This document shows, in pieces, positions 30,727 through 38,823 of a stretch of 40,747 bases of DNA. Under the pieces are notes generated by a model. It searched no databases and was not told the DNA's origin. It worked only from the letters and a program-made list of their open reading frames with translations. How positions within the stretch are numbered: the first letter of the stretch is position 1; each line of letters begins with the position of its first letter. A program made the position numbers and the translations under genes. The DNA is from Candidatus Macondimonas sp. (GTDB lineage Bacteria > Pseudomonadota > Gammaproteobacteria > UBA5335): the NCBI GenBank assembly GCA_049664005.1, contig JBATEM010000198.1:1-40747 (forward strand). The letters run 5' to 3'.

Positions 30727-31601
30727 GCCCAGGCGCCTTTTGCGGAACGGCTGCCAAAGCGCATCAGCAGGCGATGGCTCAGCAGGTTCAGCGTGACGAG
30801 CAATGCGATCAGCACCAGTGCCGTGGCATACGCGCTGGGCTCGCCGCCGCTGATGTTGAGCGCGAGGTCATAAATGTGCACCGAGAGTGCCCGGCCGGAA
30901 TCCAGCAGCGATTCCGGCATGCGATCGACATAGCCACTGGTGAAGATCAGCGCGGCGGTTTCCGCCAGCGCGCGGCCGATGGCCAACACCAGTCCGGCGG
31001 CGATACCGGGGGCTGCCGCGGTCAACAGCAATTGACCGATCGTGCGTGTCTGCGACAGACCGAGCGCCGCGGCGGCGAGGCGCGTCTCGACTGGCACCGC
31101 ACGCAGGCTTTCTTCGGTTGCCCGCGCCAGCAGCGGCAGCGCCATGCAGGCCAGCGTCAGGCCACCAGAGAGGATCGAAAAACCAAGCCCGAGCGTGACA
31201 GAGAAGAAGGCATTACCGAACAAGCCGAAAACGATCGAGGGAACGCCAGCCAGTACGTCGAGGCAGTAGCTCAGGCCGTGGCCGACGCGACCGCGCGCGA
31301 AGGCCGATTCCGTGAGGAACAGCGCGGTGCCCAGTGCGAGCGGCAGGCAGACCGCAAGGCAGACCGCCAGAAGCAAGCCGGTCGACACCAGCAACGGTGC
31401 GATCCCGCCGCCTCGGCCGCCCTGTGTTGGCGGGGTGGTGAGGAAGTCCCAGGACAGGCGGGCCACGCCCTGCGCAAGCACGTCGCCGAACACCGCGAGA
31501 AAGCTGCCGGCCACGAGCGCGGTGGCACCCAGCGCGAGCCATCGGCCCTTGGACGATGCGAGGCGATCAAGCATGTCGAACGCCTCCGGCGCGACGCGCA
31601 A
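30723..31601 (-). CDS. pstA: PstA-like ABC permease
   Basis: LAGVPSIVFGLFG, IGRALAETAAL, LSVHIY. Confidence 0.9.
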   Translation of the reverse strand: MRVAPEAFDMLDRLASSKGRWLALGATALVAGSFLAVFGDVLAQGVARLSWDFLTTPPTQGGRGGGIAPLLVSTGLLLAVCLAVCLPLALGTALFLTESAFARGRVGHGLSYCLDVLAGVPSIVFGLFGNAFFSVTLGLGFSILSGGLTLACMALPLLARATEESLRAVPVETRLAAAALGLSQTRTIGQLLLTAAAPGIAAGLVLAIGRALAETAALIFTSGYVDRMPESLLDSGRALSVHIYDLALNISGGEPSAYATALVLIALLVTLNLLSHRLLMRFGSRSAKGAWA

Positions 31602-32439
31602 GGCCGCTGATCAGGATGACGAGCCCCAGCAGGGCAAGGCCGCTGGCGAACAACGCACTGCGCTGCGCGCCCTGCGCATACGCCATTTCCAGCGCAATGT
31701 TCGCGGTGAGCGTCCGCACCGGATCGAACAGCGACGCGGGCACCTGCACGATATTGCCGCAGACCATGACCATCGCCAGGGTTTCGCCCAGTGCGCGGCC
31801 GAAGGCGAGCATGACGCCGGCACCGATGCCATGACGTGCAGCCGGCAACATGACTTTCGTTGCGATCGTCCAGCGCCGCATGCCGAGCGCAGCGGCCGCC
31901 GAGATCAGATGCATGGGCACCTGGCGCAGTGCGGCGTCAGCGAACAGTGCGACCGTCGGCACGATCATCAGTGCCAGCACCAGGATGCCGGCCAGTACGC
32001 TGGCACCTGGCGGTTGCCAGCCCTGGATCATCGGTACCAACACCACCAGGCCCCAGAGTCCATAGACCACGGACGGGATTCCCGCCAGCAGTTCCAGCAT
32101 GCTGCGGAGCGGCGTGCGCAGCCACGTCGGCGCGGCGCCGTGCCCGTACAGGGCAGAGAGGATTCCAGCGGGCACCGCGACGAGTATGGCGCCCGTCGCC
32201 ACGATGAGGCTGCCGGCCAGCATCGGCGCGAGATTGAACTGCCCCGTCTGGGGCTCGGCTGCTGGATACCATCCGGCATCCCCGAAAAGGCGCGGCCCCA
32301 GTTGCGTCACCGCCGGCATCGCCTCACGCATCACAAACCATACGACCAACAACAGCACCAGGGCAGCTGCGGCGGCACTGATGCCGAGCGCGCCTTGAAC
32401 AAAGGCGTCTCGGCGCATTGGCTTATGGTGCCGGGACAA
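31567..32439 (-). CDS. pstC: PstC-like ABC permease
   Basis: LAGIPSVVYGLWG, GRALGETLA, RTLTANIALEM; the start may be slightly downstream (MRRDAF). Confidence 0.9.
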   Translation of the reverse strand: MSRHHKPMRRDAFVQGALGISAAAAALVLLLVVWFVMREAMPAVTQLGPRLFGDAGWYPAAEPQTGQFNLAPMLAGSLIVATGAILVAVPAGILSALYGHGAAPTWLRTPLRSMLELLAGIPSVVYGLWGLVVLVPMIQGWQPPGASVLAGILVLALMIVPTVALFADAALRQVPMHLISAAAALGMRRWTIATKVMLPAARHGIGAGVMLAFGRALGETLAMVMVCGNIVQVPASLFDPVRTLTANIALEMAYAQGAQRSALFASGLALLGLVILISGLARRAGGVRHA

Positions 32440-33223
32440 ACGAAAACTCCCGGACCAGATCGTGATTGGCCGGACGTCGTGCGAAGTCGATGAAGGTTCT
32501 GGCCATGCCCGTGGCTTCGCCCCGAGTCACGAGCAGCAGCGGCCGCGCCAGTGGGAACCGTCCATTCGTAATGTTCTCGGTTGTCGCCGCAATGCCGTTC
32601 AGCGGCAGCAGCTTGATGGGCTGCCCATGGGCCGCGGCGTACTCGGCACTGCCTACGGAGACGTATCCAATGGCGTTTGGGTTGCCGACGAGCGTCTTGA
32701 TGCCTTGCTCGTTATCGCCGATGACGACCGAGGCGCGGATCTGTGGGGCGTCCAGCTTGAAGTGGGCGAGAAAGAGTTCCAGTGTCGCGCGCCCCTGAGC
32801 CTTGTTGATCACCGTGATCGGCGCACGCTGCCCACCGACGTCGTGCCAGTCCCGCAGTTGTCCGGTGTAGATCGCCACGATCTGCGCGTCGGTGAGCGAC
32901 TGAATCGGATTGCGGGCATGCACGATCACGGCAATCCCGTCTCGGGCCAGCACAAAACCTTGCAGATCTGCCTCGTCGGCCTTCAGCGCGCGCGATACCA
33001 TGCCGATGTCCGCAACCCCGCTGCGAGCGTCCTGCACGCCACGCGAAGAGCCGCCGCTCTGCACATCGATGCGCGTACCCGGGTGCTGCAGTTCGAACCG
33101 CTTGCCCAGCTCAGCGGCCAGCGGCGCAACCGTGCTGGAGCCGGTCAGAACCAGCTTGTCCGCCGCCGCCGATGAGGCCATATGGATGGCGATGCAGAGG
33201 GCCAGGATCGTTCGAACAGACAT
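32423..33223 (-). CDS. pstS: PstS-like oxyanion-binding protein
   Basis: Signal peptide, TGSSTV, GGSSRG, DIGMVSR, DGIAVIVH, NAIGYVS, RPL. Confidence 0.9.
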   Translation of the reverse strand: MSVRTILALCIAIHMASSAAADKLVLTGSSTVAPLAAELGKRFELQHPGTRIDVQSGGSSRGVQDARSGVADIGMVSRALKADEADLQGFVLARDGIAVIVHARNPIQSLTDAQIVAIYTGQLRDWHDVGGQRAPITVINKAQGRATLELFLAHFKLDAPQIRASVVIGDNEQGIKTLVGNPNAIGYVSVGSAEYAAAHGQPIKLLPLNGIAATTENITNGRFPLARPLLLVTRGEATGMARTFIDFARRPANHDLVREFSFVPAP

Positions 33224-33306
33224 GGGTATGGGCTCATCCAGATGACGATATAGTGCATGCTACGTCGCCAAGGCTGCGAACCTGAACATGTTGGAGTCTC
33301 GAATAT

Positions 33307-34212
33307 ATGTCCATGAGTCCAGAAGACGACCTGCTCTCGTCGGTGCTGTCGGCGTATCACCTGCGCGCGGGCGTCTATGGCAGCCCGCGGTTCTGCGGTG
33401 CTTGGCAACACGGCACGGCCGGCATGCACCGCGGTGCTTTTCATCTCATCGGCACCGGTGGGGCCTGGCTCCATACGCGGCAGAAGGCCGAGCCTATCCG
33501 GCTCGAACCCGGTGATTTGGTCGTGCTTCCCCACGATGCCTGGCACATGCTCTCCGCGGGACCGGTATTGCAGGGAGAAGACTCGATTCCGATCCAGGAG
33601 GGTGAAGGACCTTATACCGTTGTGGTGTGCGGCTTCTTCGAGTTCGAGCTGGGCGACAAGAATCCCATTCTGGATGCACTGCCCGAAGTTCTGGTCATCA
33701 CCCATCGCGAAGGCGGCAGGGCGTTGGCGGCACTGGGCGAACTCATGATGGCGGAAGCCGACGGCTCATCGGTGGGCACGCGGACCGTACTCGACAGGCT
33801 TGCCGATACCCTGTTCGTCATGGTCGTGCGCTTCTACGTCAACGGCCTCAGTGAAAAGCGCGGCGTGCTGGCGGCACTGGCGGACGAACGACTGCGGCGT
33901 GCATTGGCGGCCATGCATCGCAAACCGGGTGCGGATTGGACGCTTGAATCGTTGGCGCAGGAAGCGGGCATGTCGCGCAGCAACTTCTCCCAGCACTTTG
34001 CTGCCGTGGTGGGCGTGACGCCAATCGACTATCTGACACGGTGGCGAATGACGCAGGCGGAGCTCGCCCTGCGGAATCCGCGGGTGTCTGTGGCGACCGT
34101 CGCCGAGCAGATGGGTTACGAGACGGAAGCCGCCTTCCGGAAAGCCTTTAAGAGGATTCACGGCGTTGGGCCCGGCGCGATCAAGCGATGGTTAAAGGGG
34201 CGGATGCCTTAG
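33307..34212 (+). CDS. AraC-family regulator with an N-terminal cupin domain
   Basis: DLLSSVL, FCGAW, FHLI, VCGFF, LAALAD.RL..AL..MH, WTLESLA..AGMSRS, GYETEAAFRKAFKR; divergent from pstS. Confidence 0.93.
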   Translation: MSMSPEDDLLSSVLSAYHLRAGVYGSPRFCGAWQHGTAGMHRGAFHLIGTGGAWLHTRQKAEPIRLEPGDLVVLPHDAWHMLSAGPVLQGEDSIPIQEGEGPYTVVVCGFFEFELGDKNPILDALPEVLVITHREGGRALAALGELMMAEADGSSVGTRTVLDRLADTLFVMVVRFYVNGLSEKRGVLAALADERLRRALAAMHRKPGADWTLESLAQEAGMSRSNFSQHFAAVVGVTPIDYLTRWRMTQAELALRNPRVSVATVAEQMGYETEAAFRKAFKRIHGVGPGAIKRWLKGRMP

Positions 34213-34365
34213 CGCTCGCCGTTATGGCTCAGCCGCCGTACGCGCGTGGCGGTCGCTCGAGAAAGCGATTGACCTCTCATTCAGAGCGCAAAGCTCGGAC
34301 GCAGCCAAGCGATCCGGGCAGCAGCTGAAAGTCAGCGGTTGCAGTGAGCACGCATACGTCGGGCG

Positions 34366-34584
34366 CTATGGCTTCTGCGGATGCGAGGAATCGGTGGGTT
34401 CGAATGATCGCTCCAGCAGGCGATCGATCTCTTGCTGGTCGCAGACGAAACACTCGACGGCCGAGCGTTCGCTGTGTCCCAAGCGAATACCGAGAATTTG
34501 ATTGGGCCGCTTGAGCGCGAAGACGTCCTCATCGGTGTCATCGTCACCGAAATACATCGCGAGCCGGCAGGCCAGACGCGAATG
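34366..34584 (-). pseudogene. C-terminal remnant of a trehalose-6-phosphate phosphatase (OtsB-like HAD)
   Basis: AMYFGDDDTDEDVF..IRLG...QQEIDRLL, the HAD motif IV pattern; joined in frame to an IS5 fragment. Confidence 0.65.
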
Positions 34585-34856
34585 CCACTGCTGCATGAAG
34601 TAGATGCGCAGCATCGCGCCCAACGGCTTGGGCTGGCTGCCACGGCGGCTGGCCTTCTGGAAGTGCGGCTCGATGACCGCCTCGAGCGCCGCCCAGGGCA
34701 CAACCGTTGCCCTCTCGGTCAGGAGCTTCTCGCTGCGGGTCAGCTTCTGCTTCGCCGCAAACGCCAGCCCTTCAAACGTCGCCTGCTGCATCCCGCTCAA
34801 CCTCGCCAACCTCAATGGGTGATCGTACACGGACGCCGATTGGTTCAGAGGTTCCC
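34585..34856 (-). mobile_element. Truncated IS5-family element (left inverted repeat plus transposase N-terminus)
   Basis: MQQATF...KLTRSEKLL...VVPWAALEAVIEPHF..RRG.QP.PL..MLRIYFMQQW, then an abrupt break; IR-like GGGAACCTCTGAACCAA at 34856-34840. Confidence 0.85.
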
Positions 34857-34861
34857 GCAGG

Positions 34862-34966
34862 GTTTTCGTGCCGTTTGCGCTGTTCTACTTGCGGGAGCTA
34901 TTGAAGCTGGACTATCTGAGGGCGGGGCTGTGCATTCTGGGCGCCGTTCCCTTCATCTTTCGCAGT
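34862..34966 (+). pseudogene. C-terminal remnant of a DUF486/DMT-family membrane protein
   Basis: VFVPFALFYLRELLKLDYLRAGLCILGAVPFIFRS; 5' part cut off at the IS5 end. Confidence 0.75.
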
Positions 34967-35049
34967 CGGTGGGTCGGAGATTGGGTCAATTGCTTCCGCA
35001 GACACGCCCGATTTACGGCTGACGCCCTCGGCTTGCCTCAAACGCTTGT

Positions 35050-35306
35050 CAAACGAAGCCGCCGTCTCGACGGTCTCCGACCTGGTGTTGAAGGTCGAAT
35101 ACTTGGTCTTCCGTTCCTTGGACCAGAACGGCAGCAAGCCGAACTCACCGAGGAGGAGTTCCCCGCCGTCTCCGTTCAACCTGACTATCAGAGCAGGGTA
35201 GCTCTTCCAGACCCGGCCTTTCCCCGCGAGATCGAATTCGGGCTGTATGCCGAATGTCGTCAGCCGCTGGCGGGAGAAGGGGGGCAGGTCAATGGTTCGA
35301 ACACAT
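35050..35306 (-). pseudogene. Disrupted SRAP (SOS-response-associated peptidase) gene
   Basis: ATG TGT TCG AAC (MCSN) followed by an early TGA and a frameshift, then ...FGLLPFW.K....STFNTRSETV...SF, after which similarity ends. Confidence 0.8.
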
Positions 35307-35561
35307 GGGTCGTGCTGCGCTTACCGGCTTTTATCGCCTCCGTCTTCAATCTTCTGGTTCATGGTTGCCAAGCCGGCTTAGAATGCGGTGTCTTCCTTGT
35401 CGGAAAGTGTGCAACGCACCAGCAGAAATTCAAGTTCCATCTGCCCGCATTCACCCGCGATTACGCCGCCCTCCAATTTCCACCACTTAGCGGGACTCGG
35501 GGTCTACGGCGAGCTTCGCCGGTTCGCAGAAGCTCTGCTGGACTTGAAGCATCGATGGAAA

Positions 35562-35790
35562 GGATGAAACTTTATTTTCGTGATTTACTGTGATCTCTGT
35601 GGTTGGTTGGAAATCAGGATGATACTTTAGCGCTGTCGATCAGTTTTCCAGCACAGGCAGGATGGTCATCTCCGCTGGCGCTGAAATACTAATATTTAAT
35701 TGATTTTAAAGAGTTTTATTTGCTTTAGGGCGGTTCTGAAGCTCAATAGTGTCGCCACTATATTGGATGAAACTTTATTTGCATCCCACA
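35562..35790 (-). repeat. Tn7 left end: spaced TnsB-binding sites and ACA terminus
   Basis: GGATGAAACTTTATTT 35562-35577, GGATGATACTTTAG 35617-35630, GGATGAAACTTTATTTGCATCCCACA 35765-35790. Confidence 0.95.
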
Positions 35791-35927
35791 GCGCATCCAT
35801 GTTCATGACGAAACGCGCGCGATCAATTTTCTTTCATCCGCTTTGAAGAAGGGTATTTTGGCTGCGGATCGGCTTGAATGATCGTTGTAAGGGCTCCATT
35901 TCAATCTGCGATCAGGAGGATGACCAC

Positions 35928-36794
35928 ATGATCAGATTTCGCTTTGGCAATGGCTGGCGCCGTTGTGCATTGGCTGTTTTATTTTGTGCCCCTCTATCGG
36001 CTCATGCGGAGAATAACTGGCTGAAACAACCCGCGCTTAATCCCTTGGTGGCGGGAAGTGTCTACGCCAAATTTGGCGTCAGCCGTTTCGACCCGGATTC
36101 CAGTTCCGGACCCCTGACCTTTGATCGAGATACCGATGTTCCGATTCTCGGCACCGTGCTGCCCGCCGGACCGGTGGCGGGCTCGCGCATCGGCGTCTCA
36201 CCCGATGAGATCGCAACGATTACGCTGGGCTACACGTTGACACCCCACATCGCGATTGAAACGGCGCTAGGCCTGCCCACCCTCAAGTTCGACAATACTG
36301 GCCAGGGCAGTCTGCCGGAGCAGCCGCTGGTGCGTGTGCGAATCCCGCGCCTGAGCAATGTCCAGGTCGGTCCATTGGATGGGAAGATTGCGGATGTTAC
36401 GGCCGCGCCCCTGAACCTGAAATTCATCTACCAGCCTTTCCCCAATCATCGCGTGCGGCCTTACATCGGGGCGGGCGCCACCTATACCATTACCTACAAC
36501 GAGCGCCTGGTGGATCCCAGCCTATGGACCAGTCGCACGGATCCGGGCACAGCACCGGATCTGGATGTGAGCGATGAATGGGGCAGCATCCTCCAGGCCG
36601 GTATTGACGTGGACCTGACCAAGAAATGGTTTCTGGGGTTTGACGTGATGCGGGTAGACCTCGATTTTGACAACCGCATCACCAATGTAGTGACCGACGG
36701 CGGCGTGGTCGGCAACGTCCAGGCTTCCAATGCGCGGGTCAAGGTCGAGGCCGATCCGTATATCTATACCCTGAGTCTGGGCCGGGTGTTCTGA
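35928..36794 (+). CDS. OmpW-family outer-membrane beta-barrel
   Basis: AGGAGG ribosome-binding site, signal peptide, IAIETALGLP, RPYIGAGATY, LQAGID, DPYIYTLSLGRVF with terminal Phe. Confidence 0.88.
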   Translation: MIRFRFGNGWRRCALAVLFCAPLSAHAENNWLKQPALNPLVAGSVYAKFGVSRFDPDSSSGPLTFDRDTDVPILGTVLPAGPVAGSRIGVSPDEIATITLGYTLTPHIAIETALGLPTLKFDNTGQGSLPEQPLVRVRIPRLSNVQVGPLDGKIADVTAAPLNLKFIYQPFPNHRVRPYIGAGATYTITYNERLVDPSLWTSRTDPGTAPDLDVSDEWGSILQAGIDVDLTKKWFLGFDVMRVDLDFDNRITNVVTDGGVVGNVQASNARVKVEADPYIYTLSLGRVF

Positions 36795-36920
36795 AACACT
36801 GGGCGAGCGCCGCTGCGAGGTTTGAGTGCAGCGCATGCGGTGTCGTCTGGCTACGGTGGCAACTGACGTGCCAGGCTGATTGCATGGGTGAAGTGCGCGG
36901 ATGGTGGCTTGTCCGTTGCG

Positions 36921-37655
36921 TCAGCGGCTGATCAGGTAGACATCGAAACGGGTCTGACCGAGGCGGATGGCGTGGCTGGGTGATGGGCCGGGCAATGGCG
37001 GGGCGCCTGCAGGGCGTTTGACCACCACCCGGCTGCGGGCGGCGCGGCAGGCGGCGGCAAGGAGCTGGGAATCCGGCGGATCATCGCCCAGCAGCCGCCG
37101 CAGATACTGCATCTCCCGCCCCGGCAGCGCGCTGCCGCGGTGGGGCGGATACATGGGGTCCAGATACACCACCTGGGGATGTGCGGTAGCCGGCAAGTGA
37201 TCGAGACAATCCACTGCCTCGCGATGCAACACCCGCATGCGCTGGCAGACGGGACCCGCAGAAGCATCCGCGCGCCCTCGCGCCACGCCATCCGCCAGCA
37301 GCCAGGCCAGCACAGGCGAGCGTTCCAACAAGGTGACCTGCCAGCCCAGGTGGGCCAGGATGAAGCCGTCCTTGCCGAGTCCGCCAGTGGCGTCGATCAG
37401 CGTGGGCGCATCCGCTGGATCGGGCTTGCCGGCTGCACGCCCCAGCCCCTGCTGGCGATCCCCGCCGCGCGCGCGGCGGTAAGTCAGCGCGCCAGAGGCG
37501 AAATCCACCCGCAACGGTGCCAGGGCGCCCTGCACATCCTGCAATGACCAACCCGCGGCGTTGCAGGCGAGCAGCAGCCCTCCAGGCAGGGCGGCATCGG
37601 GGTGCAAGCGGGCGGGTTCCGTGGCGGAGCAAGAGGCGTCATGCATGCCTGGCAT
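36921..37655 (-). CDS. rsmJ: 16S rRNA m2G1516 methyltransferase (RsmJ/YhiQ-like)
   Basis: [41 protein letters not shown]. Confidence 0.88.
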   Translation of the reverse strand: MPGMHDASCSATEPARLHPDAALPGGLLLACNAAGWSLQDVQGALAPLRVDFASGALTYRRARGGDRQQGLGRAAGKPDPADAPTLIDATGGLGKDGFILAHLGWQVTLLERSPVLAWLLADGVARGRADASAGPVCQRMRVLHREAVDCLDHLPATAHPQVVYLDPMYPPHRGSALPGREMQYLRRLLGDDPPDSQLLAAACRAARSRVVVKRPAGAPPLPGPSPSHAIRLGQTRFDVYLISR

Positions 37656-37736
37656 TTTACCGGACCCGCCGGACGACTATGCTGGGGGCATTGCCGCGGC
37701 AGTCCGGTCGCGGCCATTCACACAGGGAGGAGTGAC

Positions 37737-38273
37737 ATGATGTATCGCATCGGCTCGCGCGCGGTGGTTTGCCACGGCGAGAATTTCATCGCCGAGACGG
37801 CCGTGTTGATTGGTTCGGTGGTGCTGGAGCGGGGCGCCAGCGTGTGGTTCAACACCGTTCTGCGCGGCGACAACGAGCTGATCACCATCGGCGAGAACAG
37901 CAACGTGCAGGACGGCGCCGTGCTGCATACCGACCCGGGCATCAAGCTCACCATCGGGAAGAACGTGACCGTCGGCCATCAGGTGATGCTGCACGGCTGC
38001 ACCATCGGGGACAACAGCCTGATCGGCATCAACGCCGTGATCCTTAACCGCGCCGTGATCGGCAAGAACTGCCTGATCGGCGCCAACACCTTGATCACCG
38101 AGAACAAGCAGATTCCCGACGGCTCGATGGTAATGGGCTCGCCCGGCAAGGTGGTGCGCCCGCTTTCGCCGTCGGAGATCCAGATGCTGGCCCTGAGCGC
38201 CCAGCACTATGTGCAGAATGCCAAACGCTATCGCACCGAGCTGGTTCCCCAGGAAGCGCCACTCAGCGATTGA
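37737..38273 (+). CDS. Gamma-carbonic-anhydrase family hexapeptide-repeat protein
   Basis: [42 protein letters not shown] upstream. Confidence 0.92.
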   Translation: MMYRIGSRAVVCHGENFIAETAVLIGSVVLERGASVWFNTVLRGDNELITIGENSNVQDGAVLHTDPGIKLTIGKNVTVGHQVMLHGCTIGDNSLIGINAVILNRAVIGKNCLIGANTLITENKQIPDGSMVMGSPGKVVRPLSPSEIQMLALSAQHYVQNAKRYRTELVPQEAPLSD

Positions 38274-38823
38274 TGGCGCGCTTGGACAGCTTGCGCTGCA
38301 GGGTACGGCGGTGCATGTTCAGGCTGCGCGCCGCCGCCGAAATATTGCCGCCGTGCTCGGCCAGCACGCGATGGATGTGCTCCCATTCCAGCCGCCGGAC
38401 CGAGAGTCGCTCGGGTTCGGAAGGTGCGTTGGGTGTGGCTTCTTCTCCGGGCGCATGGGCAAAGGCGCGTACGATGGCGTCGGCTTCCACTGGCTTGGGC
38501 AGGTAGTAGGCGGCACCCAGCTTGATGGCATCGATCGCGGTGGTGATGCTGGCATAGCCGGTCAGCACCACGATGCGGATGGCCGGATTGATTGCCCGCA
38601 GCGGTTCGATCAGATCCAGGCCCGACTCCCCTTCCAATAGGCGCAGGTCGAGCACGGCGTGGGTCGGCGGCTGGGTGCGGGCCAGTTGCAGCGCCTGGAT
38701 CCCCGCACGCGCCCAATGCACCGTGAAGCCGCGCCGCGTCAGGGCGCGGGCCATCACGGGCCCGAACGCCTCATCGTCATCGACCAGCAGCAGGCTGGAT
38801 TCCTCGGTCGTCTGGAACGGCAT
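38263..38823 (-). CDS. regA: RegA/PrrA-family response regulator
   Basis: [46 protein letters not shown]. Confidence 0.93.
   Translation of the reverse strand: MPFQTTEESSLLLVDDDEAFGPVMARALTRRGFTVHWARAGIQALQLARTQPPTHAVLDLRLLEGESGLDLIEPLRAINPAIRIVVLTGYASITTAIDAIKLGAAYYLPKPVEADAIVRAFAHAPGEEATPNAPSEPERLSVRRLEWEHIHRVLAEHGGNISAAARSLNMHRRTLQRKLSKRAINR

Noticed and set aside
33224..33306. PHO box upstream of pstS
   Set aside because: Only one GTCAT-like half-site is visible, with no 11-bp tandem repeat.
34868..35593. 241-aa plus-strand ORF as a real gene
   Set aside because: It is a chance read-through from the DUF486 fragment across the antisense of the SRAP pseudogene into the Tn7 end.
35826..35840. 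TTTTCTTTCATCC as the start of a second, tandem Tn7 end
   Set aside because: Only the TTTCATCC core matches; there is no TGT terminus and no repeated site.
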